In this document: positions 50,670 through 62,603 of the stretch, one piece after another
Layout of the letters: every line of letters begins with the position of its first letter
Numbering within the stretch: position 1 is the first letter of the stretch
Assembly (NCBI RefSeq): GCF_001194135.2
Contig: NC_068988.1
Coordinates: 52,043,679-52,107,678 of the forward strand
Length of the DNA: 64,000 bases
Reading direction: 5' to 3'
Source of the DNA: Octopus bimaculoides
Lineage: Eukaryota
The notes under the pieces: model-generated
Told to the model about the DNA's origin: nothing
Seen by the model: only the letters and a program-made list of their open reading frames with translations
Database searches by the model: none
Translations under genes and position numbers: made by a program

Positions 50670-52120
50670 AGTTTCAGCTCAAAGCTGTGGCCATACAGGG
50701 GCACCGCCGTTTTGCTACACTATTATTATCGAGATCCACCTCTGATATGTCGTATTTGGTGAATAAGGGAGTTTGATGTTGCTGCCTTCATTTGCGCCTC
50801 CTGCCACGAGGTAGGTTCCTCTGGGACTCTCGACAGGAAGAGATCCAAGTTTGATTTGAAAACACCTACATCCACTTTGTGTATGTCCCTCAAGTTCTTT
50901 GGGAGAATATTAAAATGCTGTGGGCCCTTGAAACCCAGGCTGTTGCAGTAACTGGTCCTGAAGCGCGACGGCGTCACTGGGATCTTTGACACTGTGCAGT
51001 GGCAACCCGTTCAAGTATTTGTGTAGGTTTCAATGTCAAAATTTGACACAATCCCTTCCAGGATCTTCCAGGTGGATATATTACTGCATATCTCACCCGC
51101 CTTTGCTCCAGGGAGTAGAGTCATAGCTGTTTCAGCCTTTCCCAGTAGCTGAGCTGTTGCAATGAAATGATCTTCTTTGTGAAGCTTCGTTGGATTGCTC
51201 CAAGGTCTGCTCTTAATTTTACATTGTGGGGTGACCATAGTTGGGAGCAGTAGTCCAGGCGGCTGAGAACGAATGTCCTCCAGAGGACCATCATGGTTTC
51301 CTTCTCTCTGGTTCTGAAGGTTCTCAGGATCCAGCCAGCCATCCGCCTGCACGTTATTGCTACCTTGGTAATGTGCACTAGGAAAGAGGTAACATTACTC
51401 ATGTTAATACCCAGGTACCACACTGATTTAGGTTCTGGGATTGTAAAACCCCATAGGCCAGTGTACCCTGTAAGTTTTTGTTCAGTTTTGGGCGCTGGTA
51501 GCGCACGGCTTGGAATTTTCCAGCATTAAACTGCATATTATTATCCTCAGCCCATCTGTAAATTGGGCCCAACTCTTGCTGCAGGCATGCAACATCTCTA
51601 GGGTTTTGTATTTTCTCCGAGACTTTAGTATGGCCTGCATAGCTGACAAGGGCAGTTATCCGGGCAGCTGAGGGCATATCTGGGAGAACCACTATGAAAA
51701 GCAGTGGTCCCAAGACAGTGCCCTGTGGAACACCACTCACTATTTGTGTTTTCTTTGGGGTGGTTCCATTGGTCACAACTGTCTGACTTCTATCTTTCAG
51801 AAAGTCATGTAACCACTTCCAAGTTTTCCAGCTATGCCAAGATCACGCAGTTTGTGGCATATCACACCATGATCAACTTTATCAAAAGCTTTTACAAAGT
51901 CAAGGTATATTACGTCCACATTTGAGTTGTCGAGTAACTGCTTCAACACCCAGTCATCGTGCTGTAGGAGTTGTGTCAGGCAACTCCTACCTAGTCGAAA
52001 ACTATGCTGGGTATCACTCAGCAAGTCGTTTTCTTCAAGGAATGTGATTAGTTGCCTCCTATTCATGCCATGCTGATGAGGGAAGTCAGAGAGAGAGAGG
52101 CCTGTCGTTTTTGGCATCTG
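50670..52120 (-). mobile_element. CR1-group LINE ORF2 (RT) pseudogene, 5'-truncated
   Basis: QHSFRLGRSCLTQLL, YLDFVKAFDKVDH, SGVPQGTVLGPLLF; catalytic YADD decayed to YAGH; SRLDYCSQLWSPH; several frameshifts. Confidence 0.9.
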
Positions 52121-53456
52121 TAATTGTGCTGTAAAAGCTGGGCTAGGCAGCTCCCACCTGGTTGAAAACCATGTTGGGTATTATGATTATCTTATTCACA
52201 CCACAAGACCCCTTTGAATGAACAGCACATTGAATTTATGTCTCCACACTATCCACTCGTAATAACAAAATATGAACTCCTATCGGAATGTACCTATCAT
52301 GGACAAGAAGCATTTCTACCCATTCTACACAGCACTTCCCTTGGATAATGTAACTGCAACTGTAACATCCTTCATATATTTTTACTTTTATTTTTATTTT
52401 CTTATTTTCTTTTATACTTCCTATATTCATCCTTTTCCAAAACAACTCCTTATATTGAATTCTACTATTTACCTCTAGTTAACTCTTTCATATCATCTCT
52501 GTTGAAGGGATTTCCCTAATATCTCAGAAACAGTTGTAAGACTACCTTCTCTTTATAAATGTCCTATAAATTCCATACAGCCTTGGTTTTGTTGTCTCAT
52601 TTTATTTAAAACACACACGCACGCGCGCGCGCGCACGCACACACACACACACACACACACAGAGTCATCTCAAGGATGTCGTGTCCTCATTAAGGATTAA
52701 TAAATCCAAAATTTCACTGGTTTAATCTCCATCACATTAGAAGAANNNNNNNNNNNNNNNNNNNNNNNNNNNNNNNNNNNNNNNNNNNNNNNNNNNNNNN
52801 NNNNNNNNNNNNNNNNNNNNNNNNNNNNNNNNNNNNNNNNNNNNNNNNNNNNNNNNNNNNNNNNNNNNNNNNNNNNNNNNNNNNNNNNNNNNNNNNNNNN
52901 NNNNNNNNNNNNNNNNNNNNNNNNNNNNNNNNNNNNNNNNNNNNNNNNNNNNNNNNNNNNNNNNNNNNNNNNNNNNNNNNNNNNNNNNNNNNNNNNNNNN
53001 NNNNNNNNNNNNNNNNNNNNNNNNNNNNNNNNNNNNNNNNNNNNNNNNNNNNNNNNNNNNNNNNNNNNNNNNNNNNNNNNNNNNNNNNNNNNNNNNNNNN
53101 NNNNNNNNNNNNNNNNNNNNNNNNNNNNNNNNNNNNNNNNNNNNNNNNNNNNNNNNNNNNNNNNNNNNNNNNNNNNNNNNNNNNNNNNNNNNNNNNNNNN
53201 NNNNNNNNNNNNNNNNNNNNNNNNNNNNNNNNNNNNNNNNNNNNNNNNNNNNNNNNNAGCCCCCACCCCTGAGAACGCTAGTGCGAAATTTACAAAATAT
53301 AATACAAAAATGTGAAATTGAGAAAATATAATCACAAGCAATATAAAAGGAGCATGCACAAAATATTAGTTTTACAAAGTTCAATGGCAAGGCATTGGTA
53401 TTGTTCAGCACACGAGAAAACAATTGTCTTTCACAGGAAGAAAAAAGAAAAAAAGG

Positions 53457-54775
53457 TTAGATGTAAATAGTTCTAGTGAGTTTTTGGGGCCAATGCACAG
53501 TGCGGCCTGTTCTGGTGACATAGGGTTTGTTCGTGTTAGGTAGTAGCGATGAAGGTGGAGATGTAGGTGATGGTGTGGTCAAAGGTGCATGTACAGGTGG
53601 ATGTGTAGGTGGTTGTAAAGGATCAAAAGTGGGCGTGGTTGGTGTGTCATCGAAGGGTGTGGACACCTCAAAATGTGCCCTTCTAAGTCTGTCGACCGAC
53701 ACGGTCTCTGCCCGACCATCGATGTCGAGACTAAAACTTTTGGCTATCCGCAATAGCACACGAAATGGTCCCTTATAAGGAGAAACAATAGGTCCCTTGA
53801 CAGAATCATCCTGAACAAAAATATGAGTCCATTTGTCAATGTCCGGTGGGACGTGAGAGGGAATAGTCTGGTCACGCGGATGCATAGGTGAAAGACTCGA
53901 GAAATACGAGCGAAGTCTGGTAACATACGACGTTGGATTAGGACGTGATGAATTGTCTGGCGTCAACATTGTACCAGGAAGTGCTAGGATGGTACCGTAA
54001 AGGAGTTCAGCAGAGGAGAAACCTAAGTCTGTTTTAACAGCAATGCGACAACCAAGAAGAACGATAGGCAGGAATTCTGTCCAAGACTGTGGATCGGGAG
54101 TGGCGCGTAGAGCAGCCTTCAGTTGCCTGTGAAAACGTTCGACCATCCCGTTGTAAGCTGGATGGTAGCTGGTCATACGAATGTGATGAACGCCAAGGAT
54201 TCGCGACAATTCACGAAATACGAAAGCTTCAACTGGCGTCCACGATCAGTGGTTATTTTAGCTGGGACACCAAAGCGAGCAATCCAGTTAAAAACGAAAG
54301 CTCGAGCAACTAACTCAGCGGAAATGTCCACTATTGGAATGGCTTCAGGCCAACAAGAGAAACGATCGACGCATGTCAATATGTAAGAGAACCCGCGACT
54401 GACAGGCCATGGTCCAACTAGATCAATATCCGAAAACACACTTATCGGGGTTGATTCGCACATTGTAGGTGCGAAGACGCTGAAAATGTAGAGATAAGTG
54501 TTGGAGATGATTTTCACGCGTGTCGCTAGCTATGAGCAAATCATCGACGTAAGCGAACACAAAGTCAAGTCCACGGACAACTTCATTGATAAACCTCTGG
54601 AATGTGCTCGTTGCATTCCGCAAACCGAAGCTCATAAGCAGGAACTCGAAACTTCCAAAGGAAGTGGGGGGAGTGACGGCAGTTTTGAGAATGTCGTCAG
54701 TGTTCATTGGAATCTGATGATAAGCTCGGACAAGGTCAACTTTGGAAAAAATGGTACAACCATGCAAGTTCAAAG
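53457..54775 (-). mobile_element. Gypsy LTR-retrotransposon remnant: partial RT joined directly to integrase
   Basis: [16 protein letters not shown]...FGLRNA...YVDDLLIAS; integrase DIDLVGP, VDRFS, TDRGRQ, YHPAYNGMVERFH, PYKGPF. Confidence 0.9.
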
Positions 54776-54794
54776 AAAAATCCTGGAGATTCTT

Positions 54795-54970
54795 TATAGG
54801 TTAAAGTGTTAAAGTGAAATTGTTCCTGTTATTGTAGGTGCCCTGGGTATGATAAAAAGAGATGCCAGAAACAGACAACATCACAGGAGAACCATGTCTC
54901 AAAGAAATCCAAAAGATTGTGCTGACAAAAGATTGTGCCCACATCCTTAGAAAAACCCTATCAGTTTAAA
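54795..54970 (+). mobile_element. RLE non-LTR element extreme C-terminus
   Basis: EIVPVIVGALGMIK...CLKEIQKIVL...HILRKTLSV*. Confidence 0.65.
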
Positions 54971-55229
54971 TGTTTGTGTTGTATTATATGGAGATATTTC
55001 TCTACTGCTCTTGCCATTTCCCTTCACCAAGCTTTCAGTTATATTTCAACAACTCTTAACTTCACTTGCCCTGGGGCATTGGGTGTGTCTTGGCAAAGGA
55101 TTGCATCAAACATGCAGATTGAAAGAAAACGACAACAACAATATTAATAATAATACTGCAAAGAAACAACTTGTGTAAGTTCGTGTGTGAGGAGAGTATG
55201 TGTGCAAAATGTAGAGTATGTGGAATTTG

Positions 55230-55620
55230 GGATGAAACAATGACACACATTGTTGCAGAATGTCCCATGTTGGCCTAGGGAGAGTCCTATGGAGAATATA
55301 AGAAATGGAAATATGATCAAAAGGTGAAAGTTTTACACTGGAAACTTTGTCGAAAATGGAAGTAAATGATGCAATCATCAGGTAGAAAGAATTGAGCACA
55401 TGCAAGATTTTGTGTGACTTTTCCATTCAAATAGATAACTATATGGAACATAACAAGCTAGATAGTATAGTAATAGACAAGGAAAATTGAATTTGCATAT
55501 TGATTGATCCATCATGTCCATTTGATAGTAGGATTGTGAAGAAAGGAGATATAAAGTTGGAAAAAACACAACCCATTAAAATTTGAGATTGCAAGGATTT
55601 AGGACATGAGATCAGTAAAA
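55230..55620 (+). mobile_element. RLE non-LTR fragment (zinc-knuckle plus endonuclease motif), decayed
   Basis: ETMTHIVAECP...ILCDFSIQID...HNKLDSIVIDK...IDPSCPFDSRI. Confidence 0.65.
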
Positions 55621-56569
55621 TTTGTTCCTCTGATAACTGAGACATTATGGACTGTGAGTGATGAAAAAGACTAACAGATGAAGGAGATTCAAATGGAATG
55701 TTCTGTAGAGCTTCTGTAGAGCTTCTGTAGAGCTCTTGTAGAGCTAAGGGGACTGGTCGTTGAAAACTGAGTATCTTACTTGTAGACATATTACAACACT
55801 GATGCTATCTATTCACAGCAAGATGTGCTGAACAGTTACAAGCTAAGTATCATGGTGAAGGCACATGGCTCAGTGGTTAGAGCATCAGGCTCACAGTCAT
55901 GAGGTAGTGAGTTCAATTCCTGGACCGAACTGTGTGTTGTGTTCTTGAGCAAGACACTTTATTTTATGTTACTCCAGTTCACTCAGCTGTAGAAATGAGT
56001 TGCGACTTCATAGTGGTGTGGAGAAGGGAGGCTGGTATGCATGGGCGACTGTTGCTCTTCCATAAACAACCTAGCGCGGACTTGTGCCTCGAAGGGTAAC
56101 TTTCTACGTGCAATCCCATGGTTATTCATGACCAAAAGGGAGTCTTTACCCTATCATGGTTATGCAAATAGTGCAGTAGCAGTAGTACCTATTTAATGCA
56201 GGTTGCACTGGGATCTTGAAAGCTAAGTGACTTGGTTTTGCACTTAGTGCAGTACAAGTGTCACCTTCTTATTGCAAGGTATACAAGACTGTTAAGAGTT
56301 AAGAATCTTGTCTGAGGCCAGGATATAAAAGGCAGTCTCCCTCAGTTGGATGTTTGATACTCTTGGCAAGTCAGTGAACCATGATAGCTCCTGCATGTAA
56401 GTGGAAAGTGTTCCATGATTTAAAGGGCCATGATAAATATCTCATCTCAGCTTGTATTACAACAATAGCTTACTAGTTATCTTATCACTGTAGCATACTA
56501 GTTATCAATAGCACTGCTTCATAAATCGTTTTGATTGATTACATCTGACATGAATGGGCCTCGTGGTGG

Positions 56570-56950
56570 TAGAGGTGGCGGTGGTGGTAGTATCAGGGAT
56601 GAGGGAAGCGGCGGGGATGGTGGTGATCGCGGTGGGGATGGTGGGGATTGTGGCGGAGGGCAGAGGTGGGTGACAATGGTGGTGGCAGTGGTGGCAATGG
56701 TGATATAATGGTGGTATGATGTGGGAGGGGGGGGGGCAGAGAGATTGTACTGATGTGAGTGGCGGGTGGCAATGGTGTACGTGTGAATGGTGAGGTTCCA
56801 GTGATAATAATAGCAGTGATTGTGATAATAGCGGTTGTAGTAGTGATAGTGGTGGTGGTGATGGGGTACAATTGGGGTAGTGGAGGTGGTAGAGGTGGTA
56901 TGGAGAGGGGGGAGTGACAGTGGCGGTGGTGATAGCAGTGATGGCAGTGA
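56570..56950. repeat. Degenerate (GGT/GGC/GAT)n low-complexity tract
   Basis: Direct reading; source of the Pro/Thr/His-rich pseudo-ORF. Confidence 0.85.
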
Positions 56951-57200
56951 TATCTAGCTCAAAACTACTCTACGTATATAGGTTTTAGGTCAGTGCTACC
57001 ATTAACCAGGAATTTCCTGATAACATACATTCACAAATATACACATCGAAGAACACATGCACTCAGACACTCATTCACATGCATCCACACACTCACCTCT
57101 ACGAACACAAATATGCATGATATATGTGTATGTATGTATACATACGTATATACATACATACAGCCATCAATGGAACTGTAAAGATACATGCATGCATCTC

Positions 57201-57364
57201 GACATGAAAATATATACATAAAAACGCATCCATAAAACAAACATACAAATCTGCGCATAAATACATATGCATACGCCTAGACATGAAAATGTATACATAA
57301 AAACGCATCCATAAAACAAACATACAAATCTGCGCATAAATACATATGCATACGCCTAGACATG
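57201..57364. repeat. 79-bp tandem repeat, at least 2 copies, running into a gap
   Basis: gacatgaaaat units start at 57201, 57280 and 57359. Confidence 0.85.
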
Positions 57365-58644
57365 NNNNNNNNNNNNNNNNNNNNNNNNNNNNNNNNNNNN
57401 NNNNNNNNNNNNNNNNNNNNNNNNNNNNNNNNNNNNNNNNNNNNNNNNNNNNNNNNNNNNNNNNNNNNNNNNNNNNNNNNNNNNNNNNNNNNNNNNNNNN
57501 NNNNNNNNNNNNNNNNNNNNNNNNNNNNNNNNNNNNNNNNNNNNNNNNNNNNNNNNNNNNNNNNNNNNNNNNNNNNNNNNNNNNNNNNNNNNNNNNNNNN
57601 NNNNNNNNNNNNNNNNNNNNNNNNNNNNNNNNNNNNNNNNNNNNNNNNNNNNNNNNNNNNNNNNNNNNNNNNNNNNNNNNNNNNNNNNNNNNNNNNNNNN
57701 NNNNNNNNNNNNNNNNNNNNNNNNNNNNNNNNNNNNNNNNNNNNNNNNNNNNNNNNNNNNNNNNNNNNNNNNNNNNNNNNNNNNNNNNNNNNNNNNNNNN
57801 NNNNNNNNNNNNNNNNNNNNNNNNNNNNNNNNNNNNNNNNNNNNNNNNNNNNNNNNNNNNNNNNNNNNNNNNNNNNNNNNNNNNNNNNNNNNNNNNNNNN
57901 NNNNNNNNNNNNNNNNNNNNNNNNNNNNNNNNNNNNNNNNNNNNNNNNNNNNNNNNNNNNNNNNNNNNNNNNNNNNNNNNNNNNNNNNNNNNNNNNNNNN
58001 NNNNNNNNNNNNNNNNNNNNNNNNNNNNNNNNNNNNNNNNNNATATATATATATATATATATAAAATTATAATTTAGGGTATCTAAGAGATACTGCCATG
58101 CTGAAAATAGCAGTCAAATTTTGACTCTAAACCACAATATTTATTGTTACCATTTTTGATTTCTATTGCCATGCTGGCCACTTGATAAAATCGATATTTA
58201 AATATCGACCTTATCCATATATATATATATACTTGCATAGCAAGTGACCTGATCTGAGATCGTGTGCTGGAACGAAAACAATTGCAGCGTGGAAGGTGTT
58301 TATAAGCCATTCAAGAAACACACAAAAACCGTTAGATTCACTTCAACATTTAAATTTAATTTGGCAAAATATTATCGTCGCTTTGAGACCGCGACCCGTT
58401 CCCTGACAAAATTCTGTGCTGCACAAATGCAGCACAGATGCTCTTCTGCTCTTCTGCTCTTGATGGCAAGACTCAGGTCTGTGACTTTGCCTCTATGAAG
58501 CATCTCCTCGTTTGTGATTTTATCTTGCCATCTAATGCCCAGAATTTTTCTGAGGCATTTTCTGAGGCATTACAGTCTTGTGTAATTATTGTTCTACAAG
58601 TGAATGAATTAGAAGAGGGCAGATGACACTGGTTTTATCTAAAC

Positions 58645-59221
58645 CAGTGGTTCTCAACTAGTTTTTACCTATGGATCCTTTTGATTACTATTTTACTCGG
58701 GTGGAATCCCATAGCGATTCAATGTTTAAAAACTAATTTTATAGATATTAATAGTTATCGCCAAGCCAACATGGCAGTCCAAAAAATAGGACGAATGCTG
58801 CCGTTGATTAGCTCCAAGAGGCCATCACCTCTAGCTCACATAGCTAGCTAGAGGCGATGGCCTCTTGGAGCTTAATCAACGGCAGCATTCGTCCTATTTT
58901 TTGGACTGCCATGTTGGCTTGGTGATAACTATTAATATCCAGTACCGCTGCCGTAGTCTCCTTTAGAGAGACTTAGAAATATTAATATCTCTAATTTTAT
59001 AGAAACTTCCTTCAAAATTCCTATTTTGTTTTTCACTCATTAACTTGTGTAGATTGAACTATGTATTACGTTAGAGAAATAAACCTGTTTCTTGCAATAA
59101 ATACATCTAAAGTTAAAAAAAATTTTATGGACCTTAAAATACTACTGTGCGTCCCCAATTTACTATTTTGCTTGCTTGAACCCCGTCAAAATCTTATATG
59201 GACTCCTGTCGAGAACCACTG
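58645..59221. mobile_element. hAT-type MITE carrying a palindromic insertion
   Basis: TIR cagtggttctcaac / gtcgagaaccactg; TSD not preserved. Confidence 0.7.
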
Positions 59222-59599
59222 ACAAATAATTGTTGCAGCTGAGGAACAAGAAACTGAGAAAAAACGACAAATTAGGCAAAATGGTTCGAGTGGAAGTAGT
59301 GGGTGTTGCAGGTCCAGTTGATCCAGTTGATCCGATCACCAGAACAGTCTGCTCATGAAATTAACGTGCAAATGGCCGAGCACTCCACCGACACGCGTAC
59401 CTCTTAATGTAGTTCTCAGGATGATTCAGCGTTACACAGAACGTGACAAGGCTAGTCCTTTGAATTTCAGATGCAACCCATTTTTGCCTGCTGAGTGGAC
59501 TGGAGCAACTGGAAATAGAGTGCCTTGCTCAAGGACACAACGCGCCACCGGGGGTCGAACTCACGACTTTACGACCGTGAGCCGAATAACCTAACCACC

Positions 59600-59971
59600 G
59601 TTGTTGGCACTCCGTCACTTACGACGTCGAGGGTTCCAGTTGATCCGATCAACGGAACAGCCTGCTCGTGAAATTAACGTGCAAGTGGCTGAGCACTCCA
59701 CAGACACGTGTACCCTTAACGTAGTTCTCGGGGATATTCAGCGTGACACAGTGTGATACAGTGTGACAAGGCTGATCCTTTGAATTACAGGTACAACAGA
59801 AAAGGAAGTAAGAGTGAAAGAAGGCTGTGGTGAAAGAGTACATTAGGGTTCGCCACCATCCCCTGCCGGAGCCTCGTGGAGCTTTTAGGTGTTTTCCCGG
59901 TCTGGGAATCGAAACCGCAATCCTATGACCGCGAGTCCGCTACCCTAACCACTGGGCCATTGCGCCTCCAC
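59600..59971 (-). mobile_element. SINE family A, full length, nested in an older SINE
   Basis: TSD aacctaaccacc at 59588-59599 and 59972-59983. Confidence 0.9.
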
Positions 59972-60915
59972 AACCTAACCACCAAGCCACGAGCTTTCCT
60001 TTTGGGCTAAAGAACATCAATAACGAAAATGTGCTAAATAAATAAATAAATAAATAAATAAATATTTTTGTCTTAAAATAATCAAGAATATTAGAGAGAT
60101 ACTAGGAAGAATTATTAATATTTTTTTTCATCGCCGTCCCACAGGAATTACTAGAGGAGATTAAAAGGGCTAATGTTCAGTCTGAATTATTAATGTGAGG
60201 AGAGTTTGATCTCTAAACTCTAACATTACCAAATTACAGGTGAGTTTTTAGCTAGTTCTATACTCCGTCACTGAGCTGAACTTTACTACAACACTGTTAC
60301 CAAACTACAGGTGAGTTTCTACTTAGTTCAGAAACTTATCACAGAATATTATACTTTTGTACGTTAGTAGGTGAATCTAAAACATAAGTAGAAAGATAAG
60401 ATATGAAAATGGGAAGAGAATGTGTCCGTGTATGTGTGGCGTATGAATGAGTCTGAGTGTGCGCGTAGATGGGACTGTCTGACAGTCTATGTTTGTGTGT
60501 GTGTGAGTGTGTAGTGATATATTGACAGACAGAGTGAAAAATAAGGACGGAGATAAAGTTTCAGAAAATGTGAATTGGGGCGAGAGAAAAACGATTTGTG
60601 GCTATGTTTAGTACGAAGTCTAACTTTCAAGGTACAATAGAGCATAAATCCAGTGAATCGGTTGAGTACCCACGGATCTTCGGAAGTGTAGTTGCCAGAC
60701 AAGTAATTTGATCTGAGACCGTGTGTTGAAACTAAAACGATGGCTGCGTGGAAGATACATATTAGCAGGCCCGTAGTCAGACTTTGGTGTCAGGGGATGC
60801 TGCAGAATATTATGGGTTAGCACTAATTTGTATTGCGGGAAGGTTCTTGTAAACTGTATTTTCTTAATCTGAGGGCGCACCATTGAATAGTTATGGGTAA
60901 GTGCCGTCCAGGGCA

Positions 60916-61090
60916 TGGTGGAAGTCCGAAGCGCCTCTGACGTGCAAATCGATCGTCGGAACCGAGTGTAAGGGCGAAAGACCAATCGAGCCGTCTTGTA
61001 GCTGGTTCCCTTCTAAATTTCCCTCAGGATAGCTGGCGCCAGCGGGAGAACGACACGCAATTCCGTCCGGTAAAGCGAACGACTGGAAGC
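60916..61090 (+). pseudogene. 28S (LSU) rRNA fragment, ~175 nt
   Basis: tggtggaagtccg..ctgacgtgcaaatcgatcgt..ggcgaaagaccaatcgagccgtcttgtagctggttccc..tttccctcaggatagctggcg..ccggtaaagcgaa matches a conserved eukaryotic LSU core; no other rDNA flanks it. Confidence 0.9.
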
Positions 61091-61469
61091 ACCCTCTTAG
61101 CGATGGGCATGCGTATTATCCATTCAAAAACACACAAAGATTGTTAACTTCACTTGAATATTTATATTTATTATTTGGTGTCAACATTTTCACTGCACGA
61201 ACTTCGACATGGCCAGTAATCATGTTGGTGACTGAGATGCAGCTGGTGCGACGGACATTAAATAATAAATATTTAAATGAATTTGTCTTTTGTTACTTTT
61301 AAATGGCTAATAAGTATCTTCCACGCTACAAAGATATATATTGATGGATTGATATTGGTTCTAAAGAATTGGTTTATATAAGTTTACTAAATTGGCGGAG
61401 CTATCTTAGAGGCATTTCGAAATTATGTATGTAAAATAAATTTTTTATTCTAGACGAATATTCACTGAT

Positions 61470-61775
61470 TGCTGAGGGTTTGCAGCCAGTCCCTCTGCAG
61501 AGCTTACAACACACTCGGCATCATAGGAGCCAATAAGCGGAAGGCCATCAAGTTGGCTGTGGAAGCAGCGTCAGTTGCTCCAAGGGGGTCGTGGAAAGGG
61601 GAAATACGAGTCCTGGAAGGGGAAGTGTATCCAGGTGTAGTGCTGCTGGACACAAACTGGGGCCTGATGAACCCTGGCTGGTAACCTGGGTGAGAATGTC
61701 TTATGCTTGAAAGACTCGAAACAGCTAATGACCCCTGGAAACATGACCCAGGTGCATCACAGGACGATGTATAGA
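61470..61775 (+). mobile_element. Hero-like RLE non-LTR 3' fragment
   Basis: GFAASPSAE / SLCRAYNTLGIIGANKRKAIKLAVEAAS, followed by a 3' UTR similar to that at ~48860-48905. Confidence 0.55.
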
Positions 61776-62221
61776 AAAAAGTCTTTTGTAGAGACAGCAG
61801 TTACTTAAGGCATTCATTTCTTTAGCTGGAAAAAAAATCAGTCTCAATGACATAATCTTAGTAAAGTGAGAAATTGGAGTTTGTGATGTTTATATTTTAT
61901 TGAAAATTATTAATGAAGTAAATTAACTATTTCTAGTTTTGTAGATACTTTAACTTATGCGATTACAACTTCGCTACAGTTCACATCATTATAGAAAATA
62001 TCAGAGCAAGGATTGCAAAATGTGCCATTCTCGTGTGTGAGGAGAGTTTGATCTCTAAACGATAACATCACCAAATTACAGGTGAGTTTTTAGCTAGTTC
62101 TATACTCCGTCACTGAGCTGAGCTTTACTACAACACTGTTACCAAACTACAGGTGAGTTTCTACTTAGTTCAGAAACTTATCACAGAATATTATACTTTT
62201 GTTCTTATCTACTCTATACGA

Positions 62222-62603
62222 GTGGAGGCGCAATGGCCCAGTGGTTAGGGCAGCGGACTCGCGGTCATAGGATTGCGGTTTTGATTCCCAGACCGTTGTG
62301 AGTGTTTATTGAGCGAAAACACCTAAAAGCTCCACGAGGCTCCGGCAGGGGATGGTGGCGAACCCTGCTGTACTCTTCCACCACAACTTTCTTTCACTCT
62401 TACTTCCTGTTTCTGTTGTGCCTGTAATTCAAAAGGTCAGCCTTGTCACACTGTGTCACGCTGAATATCCCCGAGAACTACGTTAAGGGTACACGTGTCT
62501 GTGGAGTGCTCAACCACTTGCACGTTAATTTCACGAGCAGGCTGTTCCGTTGATCGGATCAACTGGAACCCTCGACGTCGTAAGCGACGGAGTGCTAACA
62601 ACA
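62222..62603 (+). mobile_element. SINE family A, full length
   Basis: A/B-box head, (caa)n tail, TSD actctatacga at 62211-62221 and 62604-62614. Confidence 0.92.

Noticed and set aside
60487-60985. Minus-strand ORFs with a faint resemblance to protease or Helitron motifs
   Set aside because: They cross the boundaries of a repeat, an insertion and antisense rRNA; no motif is convincing.
60916-61775. 28S fragment plus RLE fragment as an R2-style site-specific insertion
   Set aside because: They are about 380 bp apart with unrelated repeat sequence between them, and this is not the LSU region I recognise as the R2 target.
62222-62295. tRNA gene calls at SINE heads (also ~9345-9417, ~21500, ~33780, ~40640, ~55860)
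   Set aside because: A/B boxes run straight into SINE bodies, with no complete cloverleaf or acceptor stem.
59600-62603. Inverted pair of near-identical SINEs as the ends of a composite transposon carrying the 28S fragment
   Set aside because: Each SINE has its own distinct TSD, so they inserted independently.
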